DNA of 64,000 nucleotides from Podarcis gaigeae (taxonomy: Eukaryota). Positions 49,784 to 62,409 of this stretch are shown piece by piece. The stretch lies in the NCBI GenBank assembly GCA_964106915.2, contig OZ066919.1; one strand, written 5' to 3'. The first letter of the stretch is position 1; each line of letters opens with the position of its first letter. Made by a program: the position numbers and the translations under genes. The notes beneath the pieces are model-generated. The model did not search any database. It saw only the letters and a list, made by a program, of their open reading frames with translations, and was not told the DNA's origin.

Positions 49784-51194
49784 GAATTAGAGAATCTAGC
49801 CACACAAACACAGAGAAAACAATGTTTAAAGTTCTTATTTCCCAGTTCAAAACTGCTCTTCCGCAACTTTCCCAGCTTGAAAGCCGCACTTGTCCCAACG
49901 TATAAGTTAAATGGTTTTCATGCTTTTTCTTTAGGAAATATTTAATGGAGGGACCCAAACTTCAAATTTGCTTCAGGGGCTTTGATTCTCTCCATCATGG
50001 ATGCAGATTTTGATCTCAGTTTATCGAATCAGCACTGCTTTCCAGTTAAATTACAGCCTTGGGTAGGAGCTTAGATGAGGACAGTTTTAAATTATCACAC
50101 TGCTTTCCAATGAGTTTAGGGGATTGCGTGCAATTTCTCTATAGTGTCAACTCACATCATTTAGGGGCAAAAGTTGAAGAAATATATGAGGTGGACCCTA
50201 ACATGAGGCAAGATTGCCTCAGGCAGTGGATTTGGGTGCTAGTACAATCAGTAAAGCAGAACAGACAGTCCTAAATAACCCCTGGGGGTGAAGCTCCTCT
50301 TCACAAGCTCTCTTTAAAGGAGTGATACTACCATGATTTCAGGGCCCCTCCAGACTGGGTTTTTTTTGCAGGTGCATTCTGCAACATACCCTTGGCACAA
50401 GAAGAGTGCGTTTGTTGTGGATTTATACTGAGCTGTCCACACATCATTCCACTGTGTTAGTTATTCTGCAGTGATTCCCCAATGGTATCACATTATTGCC
50501 ATCTAGAGAGGAGCTCTTGCACAACCCCAACCCCACCCCGCTCTGGAACAAAGTTACAGGAATTCATCAAGACGTGATGTAGAGGAGCATTCCATCACGT
50601 GGGGCATCGGTAGTCACAGATTCCCCACCTGAGTGAGAACTAAGCCTTGGACACACCAAAATGTAATGGAATATTGGAAGAGGTGGATGGAATACTGGGA
50701 ACTGGCATTTATATAGGCAGAGGAGATGGGATGCTCCAACCTCTGTTGTGCAATCTGATTTACAGATTAGAGAGCACAGTGGAAAACCTTTCATTTCATA
50801 CCAATAATACATTGCTGGTGAAAATATTTAAGGAGCCAGATCCTGTTCCCACAGGAGTAATGGCTAAATCCTGCCCTCAGTCATCCAATTAATCTTGCTC
50901 AGGGATGCCCTGGTTAAATGAAGATGTCCTGTAAACCACAACAGGTAATAATTTTCATGTCGAAATTAATTGCTCTGAAGAATTATTTCCCGCTATTACA
51001 GTCCATATATAATATTGGCCTGTCATGTGCTTCTGAGCACATTATGCTACGATGAATTTATTTGTGCAGCTTCTTAGGGTAATAAAGACCTTAACATTTC
51101 CAGCAAAACCCCCAAAATGGCTGCCCTTCAAATGATGTCAAACAGACATGACATGATGATTGTCCTTATACATTTTGGGGGCTTTGGAGAAATA

Positions 51195-51520
51195 CCACCC
51201 CCATTGTTCTGCCCAGACACTGAGGTCCAGTGCCGAGGGCCTTCTGGCGGTTCCCTCACTGCGAGAAGCCATTACAGGGAACCAGGCAGAGGGCCTTCTT
51301 GGTAGTGGCACCCGCCCTATGGAACGCCCTCCCACCAGATGTCAAAGAGAAAAACAACTACCAGACTTTTAGAAGACATCTGAAGGCAGCCCTGTTTAGG
51401 GAAGCTTTTAATGTTTGACAGACTATTGTATTTTAATATTTTGTAGGGAGCCGCCCAGAGTGGCTGGGGAAACCCAGCCAGATGGGCAGGGTAGAAATAA
51501 TAAATTATTATATTATTATT
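51195..51520 (+). mobile_element. L2 LINE 3' end
   Basis: Encodes RAFLVVAPALWNALP...FRRHLKAALF, typical of an L2 ORF2 C-terminus; AT-rich tail. Confidence 0.85.
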
Positions 51521-51887
51521 ATACCCAAGTGTTCCAGCCAGGGTGGCCAAATGCAAAAGAGGAAATGGCTTCTGCACCTCTAGCAATTGTGTAGAAGAGG
51601 GAATTTAAGTGTACTTTGACACGTGATCAAATTCCACACCACCATTATAGGTGCAGAGGTCACGCCCTCTTTTGAACATGGGCATCTTTGCTCCATGCCA
51701 CACCCAGCCACCTAACTGCCAAGCAAGCGATCCTTCCTCATCTATCTCACTGGCTTTAGGACAGGGGTGGGGAACCCAAGGAACCCCTCACTGATCCTGC
51801 TACATGCCCCAAGTGTTTTTGCCTACCGGGAACATGTCCTTAAACTCTGATAATGCCTTTTCTTTGTCTGGATGGGAGAGAGAGAAG

Positions 51888-51890
<3 letters not shown>

Positions 51891-51938
<48 letters not shown>
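51891..51938. repeat. (GT)24 microsatellite
   Basis: Read directly. Confidence 0.97.
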
Positions 51939-51941
<3 letters not shown>

Positions 51942-54594
51942 CTACTCTGCTGTATAAATTCATACCCATCGCTCCACCCACCCTGCTTGGGCTGTGGCCC
52001 CACTTATTATAAACATGTGGCATCTGGAAGGTTATCCAGAAAGAAATGTGGCCTTTGGGATGAAAATATTTCCCCACCTCAGCTTTAGTGTTTGGGGGTG
52101 ATCTTCATTCCCTCATTCCTTCAGGTGTGAACCCCAAGTCATTGTCCCTCGTTTCACCTTTTTTCTGAGTGAAGTCTTCAGAGTCTGACAGCTTGCAGTA
52201 AGGATGCAAACTCTAAGCTGGACCATCGCTTTTCTGAGCAGTTGCCTTCTTCATACGAGAACATCTCCACACTACACATTCAAACCTGTTTCCAAGCCTG
52301 TTTAAGAGCAACAGCTTCCAGCCAAGGAACGTCAAGAGTAATTTATTCCACGAAAAGGGAATTTCAACGAATGCAGTTTTTTCCCACCCCTGTAGGACAA
52401 ATTGCACTTGCTGAAATTCACTGTGCTAGACAACTATTAAAGGTATATGAATTCAACTCCATGTGCATCTGGATAAATATTTCACCACTGATATGATATC
52501 CATGAAAAGGTTTTGGGTTGTAACCAGCAAAATCATCACACAATCATGTAATTGCTGATGCTTTTGAAATTTTTGAAATGTAAATTGCATCTTTCTGTTT
52601 GGTTTTACATTTACTGTATTTTTGTATTAAACATATTCCCAAAATAAGGTAACAGTTGAGTTGGCCATGTCTTACACTTGATGAATTGGAAAGACCTGGA
52701 AATAGCTTTAGCAGGGATGGTAGCTTTGATTTTGATTCACTACTCAAGCCACATGGCACAGCACATGAGAGGTCAAGACCTAACCCTGGCCCAGGAAGTT
52801 CTCCTTGTGATTGACTAATAAAATCCTTATAAGCACCAGATGTTAGCAGCTGATTGCTTCTAATATATTGAGAGTAGATTTACTTATTTGACCCCGGAGA
52901 GGCATGGCTTCTGCAAGAGATTTTGGAAGCAGGGAACAAATTACTTGGTGTGGGAAAGCACTTTGTTTATCTGTAACAAGGACTCACAGAGGTAGCATTT
53001 TTGCAATCAGCTTCCAAATTTTGTGTTAGAAAGAGGCACTAAACCTGTAACTATCCATTGCTCTATTTCATGCTAAATGCATACAATATGTACTTTTTAC
53101 GAGGACTTCAAAATAATAAGATTGGAAAACTGAGAAGGAGAAACTGGCTGATTTGTCCATCCTTAATTGGAAGGAGGGAAAGAGAAGTGATCTCACAGAG
53201 GTGTTCAAGGGGGGGGGGATTCCAAGCAGAAAGAGGAGCAAGGGAGAAGGAAACTTCTGGGTGATGGAGGTTGATCAAGACTGGGAAGTGGGTTTATTGC
53301 GCAAGACCTTGCAATCCACTATTCATTGTGCAACCTGAATTTTGCATGCAGAAGGTCCCAAGCTCCATTCCCAGCATCCCCCAGTAAGGCTGGGAGGGAC
53401 CCTTGTCTGAATGGTCTGTCTAGGCACTATATGTTCTATGTGATATATGAGATTTTCTCCATTAAAGGAGGCAAATCAGTGACAAAATAACTTACTGACT
53501 CCTATGGAAAAGGGCTTATGCAAATCCCAGTTGGTTTCCGTTTTGGAAATGTGTTTGATTTTTCTTGAGCATAAAAGTATGCAGAAATAGTAAATGCAAA
53601 ACACACACACTGCATTCATCTTACCACCCATCTGGCAGTCTTTTCTGCTTAACATAAAAAGCCCATGTGTGCAACTGAAAGAGGGCAGAATTATTGCATC
53701 TTGTCCCCTAAGAGGCTCTGGCTTGCATCACAGCCAATCTTTTGGTTTTTAAATGATGTCAGCAACTTTGCTGCTTTTTAAATTAGAAAAGAAAAAGAAA
53801 TCCTAGCAGAGTACCCATCTTTCTGTGTCCTGATTTTCCTTTTGAAGTATTCTGCTTGAAAGTCCTGGTGATGCACAAAGGAAAAAAAATTATGAGAGAG
53901 ATCCAAGGGGAGACCTTAACCATAAACCAGGATTCAGATAACACTAAAGCAAACCTTGGTTTAGCTGCTACACCACTCTGAGCTAAAAAGACCAGAGAGG
54001 GAGAGTGTAAGTGCAAGCATATTTGAGTCAACCTGGTAAACTATGGTTTGGCTGATCGTTTTTGCCAAGAATAATGGAGAGAGATAGAGATTTTAAGAAT
54101 TACAGGCTCTAATAATCTACAGAAGCTTGTAATTAAAAAATGAATTTATTCTAATGGGAAGAGGCAATGATATAAAGTGCAGCTCTTAAAGAAGACTTTG
54201 CATGTATTTGTAGGTACCAGGGCTTCAGTCAGAAGCATAGTATTAGCCTGCTTAAGATGTTGAGCAATTTCAGAACGAAGCATAATTCTGCACAGAAAGA
54301 GTAATCACACATCTTTGCAGGGTTTTTCTGCATTATCCATCCTTCAGCTGCAGTTAGGGTGGTCAGATGCAACAGAGCACTGGGCTTGGACACCTTTAGA
54401 AGCGGGGTAAGAAAGGGGATGTTCAGCAAGGGAAGCCTTCATGCAAATGATCTCTGCTGAAAATTCCCTCTACAACTGAGGTTGCCACTGGAACACACCC
54501 TCTTAACTAGGCCTGGGTTTCTGAGATACTACACAAGCACAAGAGTAAGTATGGCTAGGATTCCTGAGAAGGAAAGCTTTCCATTTTTATTTTT

Positions 54595-54598
<4 letters not shown>

Positions 54599-54628
<30 letters not shown>
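54599..54628. repeat. (GA)15 microsatellite
   Basis: Read directly. Confidence 0.95.
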
Positions 54629-54630
<2 letters not shown>

Positions 54631-54688
54631 ACGCAAGCAAGGCTCAGTCCTGGTACTTACCTGGAAATCCTATTGAATTCACTGGAAC

Positions 54689-54835
54689 CAGTGGCGTAGC
54701 GTGGGTTGTCAGCAGCCGGGGCAAGGCAAGTAATTTGCGCCCCCTAACCCGTGGATTTGCGCCCCCTAACCCTAACCCCCAGATGTTGCGGCCGGTGCGG
54801 CCGGCCCCCCCTGCACCCCCCACGCTACGCCACTG
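54689..54835. mobile_element. Young hAT MITE (147 bp)
   Basis: Perfect 17-bp TIR cagtggcgtagcgtggg; perfect 8-bp TSD actggaac; CpG-rich. Confidence 0.93.
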
Positions 54836-56354
54836 ACTGGAACTTACTTGTGAGCAAACTCACTGAAGACTGCATTGCAAGTTATTCACCCCTGTAGTTA
54901 CCAAGAGGCATGAAATCACATGATCTGGCCACGTTTACTGAAAGTTGGTGGGATAACTGAGTAAGATCATGCCTGGCTGGGAACAGAGAGCTTCAGTGCT
55001 GCTGCACAACTCCCTGAGCCTCCCTTCCAATGACGAGCAGACCCAGGATTAATGAGACAATTTTGTAAACACTGCAGAATGCATTTATGTGAAATAGGAG
55101 ATATTATGCAAATGCGCTTGTGCATAATTTATACAGGTTAAAGAATTAAGGTTTTTTTGGTACAGAAATGTTGTTTTCTTTTTTTAGGGCAGAATGCAAA
55201 GAATATTGTTTTTATTTTACAATTGACCTCCACTGGGACTGGTAGGGCAGCAGGAAGGGAGGTCAACAGTAGGGGGAGCTGGAGCCAATGACAGACAGAG
55301 CCATTCGCTTCTTTGTAAGTAAGGAGGGAAGCAGTTGGGGGCTGGCTGATGGCAATGCCCCATTTGCTGATTTTGATCAGCCTTCACTGCAAAGTATACT
55401 GTCCACGTTCCACAAGAATGGGCTGTGTATATCTTCAACAGAATCCCATGATAAAGCGTATCTTGGAGTGTGCCGCCTGAGGCTATAGATTGGGAGGGGT
55501 GAGGGGTTGGCATGCCTTAACACTCTCCCATACAAAGTAAAAACAAAACACAAAACAAGACAACTAGCACCAGAACAAGTCATCCCTGCTTTTTCTATGA
55601 TGAGCTACCGGTACTTTTCTTTGTGTAGGAAGTTTTGTTTTTGCTTGTGGGGTGTAACCATGTAATACTGTGTCTAAAGAGGAAATATTGTCAATCTTAA
55701 TATTTACAGTATTGCCCTTTAAAAAATATTACCGTTGGTTTCTTTGAATATGTAAATGAAACAGAAAGATGGGATTACTTTTTGAATGCTAAGGTTAGAG
55801 ACAATATTTCACAGAATGCAATAAAGACTGCTAAATAAATATTTAATCATATGTACATTTTTTTCAAAGATCCTCAGTGCTAGTGGCAGAGTTTAATCCC
55901 CTTGTTGACACTTGTAAAGATGATAAAAATTTGGGATGTGGAATTAAAAAAAAAAACCACTGTAAAAATTGCAAAGCATATGGATGTTAAATTTACATTG
56001 CCATCCATCTACTTTATGGTAGCTCTCTGAACTATAAGTTTTTTGTTTTGTTTTGTTTTGCTGCGGCAATTGCAATGTATAATTCTCTTGAAGTTTTAGA
56101 AAAACAAGATGACTGAGGGCGACGGGATAATGATTTGTAATTTTTATAGACCTCTATTCCCAACTCTGTTAATTGGAGATGCCTCATTTCCCTACATTTC
56201 CATCCTCCTTTAGGGACAAAACAAGTCTGATTCCCACCCACCCACCCCAAACCAAATTAAAGCTAACTTGGTAATTTATGCAAGCTGATCTACTTGCACT
56301 ATTTACCTCACTTACATAATTTGGATTTTTGGGTTGCAGAGTTCAGATTTATTT

Positions 56355-57148
56355 CATAGAATCATAGAGTTGGAAGAGACCACAAGGGCCATCGAGTCCA
56401 ACCCCCTGCCAAGCAGGAAACACCATCAGAGCACTCCTGACATATGGCTGTCAAGCCTCTGCTTAAAGACCTCCAAAGGAGGAGACTCCACCACACTCCT
56501 TGGCAGCAAATTCCACTGTCAAACAGCTCTTACTGTCAGGAAGTTCTTCCTAATGTTTAGGTGGAATCTCCTTTCTTGTAGTTTGGATCCATTGCTCCGT
56601 GTCCGCTTCTCTGGAGCAGCAGAAAACAACCTTTCTCCCTCCTCTATGTGACATCCTTTTATATATTTGAACATGGCTATCATATCACCCCTTAACCTCC
56701 TCTTCTCCAGGCTAAACATGCCCAGCTCGCTTAGCCGTTCCTCATAAGGCATCGTTTCCAGGCCTTTGACCATTTTGGTTGCCCTCCTCTGGACACGTTC
56801 CAGTTTGTCAGTGTCCTTCTTGAATTGTGGTGCCCAGAACTGGACACAGTACTCCAGATGAGGTCTGACCAGAGCAGAATACAGTGGCACTATTACTTCC
56901 CTTGATCTAGATGCTATATTCCTATTGATGCAGCCCAGAATTGCATTGGCTTTTTTAGCTGCCGCGTCACTCTGTTGGCTCATGTCAAGTTTGTGGTCAA
57001 CCAAGACTCCTAGATCCTTTTCACATGTACTGCTCTTAAGCCAGGTGTCACCCATCTTGTATTTGTGCCTCTCCTTTTTTTTGCCCAAGTGCAATACTTT
57101 ACATTTCTCCCTGTTAAAATTCATCTTCTTTGTTCTGGCCCAGTTCTC
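56355..57148 (-). mobile_element. Young 5'-truncated CR1 LINE (ORF2 C-terminus)
   Basis: ORF 56519-57124 reads FNREKCKVLHLG...EKDLGVLVD...LYSALVRPHLEYCVQFWAP...LERVQRRATKMV, the canonical CR1 ORF2 tail. Confidence 0.96.
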
Positions 57149-57230
57149 TTATTGCTTGCAAACTTGAGCTTCTGGCAAAGTCAGTGCCAAAGACCCACAA
57201 CTCAGGAGGATTCCCACTGAGAACAAGCCC

Positions 57231-57618
57231 TGGACAGAATGCGAGATAAATGGTGGAAAGAGCGATGTTATTTATGAAAGCAATGATATATGGAAACCAT
57301 CTCGATATGAGAATTGGACGAACGGAAAATTCACACAGGATTATAATTGGAGTTTATCTGCTTAAGGTGATTATCAGAAGAGATCATAAAGAAAAAAAGA
57401 AAAAAATATACGAACAAGCTGAGATGTGGAACCAGCAAGATAAGACTGGATAGATTTATGAACTTTCTTTGGACTGATTTGGATATTAATGCAGTAGCAA
57501 GAAGATGATCGGAATCCCCCTTCGGAACTTGAAATATGGGTCCCCTCAACAAAAATTTAAAATTCGGCTTTTTAATTCGGAATTTATGTGATGTGATTTG
57601 ATTGGTCGGTTAAAAAAA
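57231..57618 (+). mobile_element. Retrotransposed insert (L1-type)
   Basis: TSD gagaacaagccc at 57219-57230 and 57619-57630; short A tail. Confidence 0.7.
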
Positions 57619-58789
57619 GAGAACAAGCCCCGGACAATGGCACCCTGCATTGTCACCTGTCTTTTGCTCTGGCCCAGAGGTGATGGGCAAGCGAGCAATG
57701 AAGGAGGTACCCGCTGCCCGCCCACTCTTTGCCACTGCCAGGCAAGAAGGCAGTAACAGAGAGATGAAGCAGAGGAGCAGCAGCAGCTGGCAACCATGGC
57801 AGCAATGAAGTAGACTCACTAGGGGACCACTGAGGGTGCCTTTCCCAAGAGCCCCCCAAAAACCCTCCAGAAGCCAGCACTGGTTTCTGGCCTTGTGAAG
57901 TGTGCTCTTGTGAAATTCCACCGTCATTTGCAGTGCTTGGCAATTCAGATATCAACAGAACAGCCCTGGCTGGAAGAACTAAATGCAGGCTTGTAAATAG
58001 CCGCTGGGCTGGTGGTCTCCTGTGGCCAGCTTTGTTGCCAGGCGACCAAATAGCAATGCATTACAAGAAACAAACTCTTTTCCTTTAGTCTACATTTTAC
58101 TATATATGCAATCCAATATATACTTACTTGGGAGTAAGACCTGTTTAGCTTGAATGGGGTTTACATCCGAGTAAATATGCATAGGCTCACACTATTATTT
58201 GGTTATACGTAGGCAGGCTGGCAAGCAATTTACTTATTTTTTGTGTCTTAATAACTGCGGTGCTCTTATTTACAAGTCGGTCGGAACTAATCTGTCATCC
58301 GCTCTATGGTCTCAACGAGGCTGAGGAAGCACCGACCTCTTTGCTATGAGAGGATGAAACTCCCACCTAGTGTGAAGGACAAAGAGTCGGCACTGCATTT
58401 ACCTCTGCCAGAAAGCAGCTATCTCAGATTACAGTATATACATGCAGCTCCTTTTTATATTTATTATATTATATAAAACACAACTCTAGGCTGACAGATA
58501 AGATGATTAATTTGAAGGTATAGCAATTTTCCTCCCAGTGCTAGGCTGACAGAGTAGGGTCAGGAAATAGGTAGCATGTTCTGTTTCAGTGGACCATCTT
58601 GCCTTGTGAAATGTTGCAAGCTTTCGAGCTTACACAACTTTCATCTAGGCATACAGAGTAAGTACAGTCTGTTGTAGATTCAGATGGATGGCTGCCGGCT
58701 TAATCTGCCATTCAAAAAACAAAGGAAGTCTTCAGCTTGGCTCTTTGGGGGTAGGGAAGCAAACTGGAAAGACATTGATGCAGCACACA

Positions 58790-58808
58790 GATATATACAC
58801 ACACACAG

Positions 58809-58849
<41 letters not shown>

Positions 58850-58850
58850 C
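58790..58850. repeat. Compound (AC)n/(AT)n microsatellite
   Basis: Read directly. Confidence 0.95.
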
Positions 58851-59064
58851 GCAGTCACAGGGATTTAAGCCTTGTCTAGAAGAAAGGGCTAGAATGGCTA
58901 TTTTATTTTCAGTAAGGGCGATTGCATGCACAATTTTACAGAGGACAGTCCTGTCCAAATCCAGTTTAAAGATAAAGTGCCAAAAGATGGGGGAGCAAGA
59001 GGGGGCATTGAAATTCCCTGTTAACCCCAGTTAGCATCTGAACAATTGATCTTACAATCATCAT

Positions 59065-59200
59065 GGCCAACTCCCAGCATCTCCAGGCTTGAAATATTTC
59101 CTCTCTGAAACCCCAAAGAGCCCCTGCTGGCCAGGACAGACAGGACTGAGTAACTGGACCCAGTGGCCTGACTCAGCCAGCATAAGGAAGCTTCCTATGC
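59065..59200 (+). mobile_element. Degraded squamate tRNA-derived SINE (Squam3-like)
   Basis: cccagcatctccagg...ctgaaacc...gactcagccagcataaggaagcttcctatg; a deleted relative lies near 53335-53440. Confidence 0.5.
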
Positions 59201-62021
59201 CAACAGAACCTGGCAGCTCGCCACTGGGGAGGCAGGGCAGGGATCTTTGCGTCCCCCAAAAAGCATCCCCCCGGCAAGAATAGTTCTTGATCACTGCTTA
59301 TGGTGGCATTGCTCCATACTGGTATTTCTTTCTCAGTGCTGTCTGCTCTTGTTTGGTTCTGTTTTTCACTTTGTATTCAAACGAGAGAGAATACATGAAG
59401 CTGAGCAGCTGCCACAAAATGTGACCAGTTGGCTAAACCTGATAATCACAAGCCCATTTTACAGATGGCAAGGTCATTCTAAAACAGGGGGGTGGAAAAG
59501 CTACCACCCTTCAGATGCTGTGGCACTGCAATCCCCGTCAGCCTCAGGTACCATGGGCGATGAAGGGAACTGTATCTGGAGGGACAGACATACCGTCTCC
59601 CTGATCTGAAAGAATCTTGATGTGCAGCTCCTCAGTCAAGTCAGGATCGTGTGACTTGAGGAACCAATAGGGACCTCAGTTCCTATATAGAACTTCTGTT
59701 CCAACCTATACTTCTCATTTGAAGCAACTTGTCCATCAAAATGCATCACCTTGCCTCCGTTCCTGCCTTGGTTCTTATATGGCCAGCCATTACCTGACCA
59801 CCATCCCACCTTCTGATCTTCTGACCTCTTCCTCCTCCATCCCTTGGGCCTTGTTTACCTGATCCTGTGCCTGACCTCCAGCCTATTTCACCTTTGACTA
59901 TCCTGCTAGAGTAAGATCCTGGCTGTAGCCTGCCAGAAAGTTTCCTTCTCCTTTCCCTCACCCCTATAATGGTTAGAAAAGCAACTTGCAAGTGCCTCTG
60001 GTCTCAACCCACTTCACCCCAAATAAACACCACCAGACAGGGAGCTTTGACTATGTCCAGCACTGCCATGCTTCCATTGGAATCACACCCAAGGACTTAT
60101 TTGGAGAGCAGCCCCAGATGCCGACAGATACAAAGCATCTACTCTGCAACATCTGATGCTTGGCGTGGACAGGATCCTGGGTTCTATGCTAGGACTGGCA
60201 GTCACAGTCATCAAAGGCTGGTTCAGGAATCCATGTTCATCCCTTGATGACTGTATCATTAAGCAACAAGCAGAGCATTTGATTCACTTGGCATTGCCTC
60301 TAAATACAGTGCCTTCTGGTGGAGTCAATTCGGTCAGCTGCTGGCCATGTAGTCGCTTATTTATTTAAGCAGATTTATGCCTTGCTCCCCTATTGCAGAA
60401 GCATAGAGTATACATCTGCATAAATGAAAAAGTGGAATGCTTTACAGGTTTCCTCTGAAACAGAACCCATTAAGTTGTGGTTGTTAATATTACTATAGTG
60501 TTATTTTTATTTTGTATACTGCTTATATTCAAAAATGGATTCAGAGTAGTTTACAAATATAAAATCAATACATAATTAAAATACACAATAAGAAATCCAT
60601 TGGGCATTAAAACATCCTTAACACTTGGGGGCATTATTGTTTGTGTTTGTTACTGTGTTACATATTTTTGTATTTTTATACTGTTAACCTCCCTGTGATA
60701 CACTCTACAAATTCAGTTAGTAAGTAAAATATACAATAAAGCAAACAATAAAAAGCATAACAAAACAGGTAAAAAAAAACCTTCTAAAACAATAAAATCA
60801 GAAGTTCATATCTGGAGAATGCTTGCCTAAAAAGGTATGTTTTCAGAAACCATTCAATGGGACTTACTCCCAGTTAGCAGAAATACGACTACAGCTTAAA
60901 TAATTAAGAACAGAAAAATCAAAATATGAATGTGTGTGAAACAGCCCCAAGTGAATAGTAATCAAGTGTTGTAACATGAATGCACGAACCAGCTCTTAAT
61001 GTAATAGTATTGCAGCATGTGATCAGACTGTTCTGCTGCTACAAACTGATTCCACAAGACTGTAAAAATCTAAATGACTTTTCACCATTTCCAGATAAGC
61101 ACTGAATGAAACAGAATGGGCCAGTGCCGGAGCAGTAGTTCTGGTTTAAAATTAAATTCACCTCCAGTTTCTCTTGCAATAGCAGAATAAGATGACATGG
61201 GGTGAACAGGCTGTAAGAGGGGAAGGATTCTTTAACGTTCAAAACCTGGAACGTGGCACAGGGCACTCTGCCAGCATTGGTACTCTTTGGGCAGCAGAGC
61301 TGAGCAGGTTATAGTCTCTGTTGACAAGTTTTCACATTTTTGTCCTTGGTGGTGACAATTATGCCTTCAAAATATGCTTTGAGTGGGTCTTTGTTACAGA
61401 CAAAGCCCCTCCAGAAATTGTTGGCCAGTCTCTGAAAAATGTTGTTGTGTTAGTTTAATGTTTGGAAGGCATTTAAAAAATAGCATAAATCTGCATTTCT
61501 GGGATCAGAACTAATGCTTTTTGGGGATTCAGCAGTATAGGTAGAGATGAGCAACAGAAGCATTTGTCATGGATGCAACCTTGCAATAAAAATATTAATA
61601 TTATTATTAATAATAATAAAATACCCCACCCACTCCAGACGGCTTCCAGCTGAATATAAAACATAATAAAACATCAAACGTTGAAGTTTTACTGAGAGTA
61701 GCAGGCCAGGGAAGATACCACAATTGCAGCTACTAGTTGTCTTATGACAGTAGCCTAACACCATAAAGCATATTTAGCCACAGAGAAGAGGAAAAAACCA
61801 GATGCACAACACACTGAGCAACAACAGCCAGAAGGCTTGTGACACAGCAGCTTCTGAGCAGGAAGAATCTACTTCAGCATCTTTAAAGGTCCACAGTTCC
61901 TGGTGTGTATTGTTGAAAAAGAAGACTACTTGGTTTGATTACACAGTATGTGTAATGACAAATTCTTACACGCACATTGAAACACAACACACACACCCCT
62001 CTACAACCAAGTAATGTAAGC

Positions 62022-62208
62022 CAGAGTCCATGAAAACACTGTTTGCCTTCCTGCCGCAACAGTACCTGTTTATCAACTTGCACTGGTGTGCTTTCGAACT
62101 GCTAGATTGGCAGAAGCTGGGACAGAGCAGCAGGATTTGAACCACTGACCTGCCAATCTGCAAGCCCAAGAGGCTCAGTGGTTTAGACCACAGCACCACC
62201 CATGTCTC
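62022..62208 (-). mobile_element. Sauria SINE fragment
   Basis: Reverse of the SINE head: ggctcagtggtttagaccacagcaccacccatgtc. Confidence 0.8.
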
Positions 62209-62409
62209 ACGTCATGTCAGTGGAACTTCCTCCCAACCTAGGTGTGTCCGGTTTCTGCCCTGTTTTGTTTTTCAAAAGAATTATTTTTCCTTAGGTTAAA
62301 TGATGAGCTGGTTTTAAATCATGTAACTGTTTATTGGTTTTACATGGAATGTTGGATTAGGAATTATTTTATGGTTCTCTTCTCAGTGGATCTTTTTTAT
62401 ACCGGCTTT

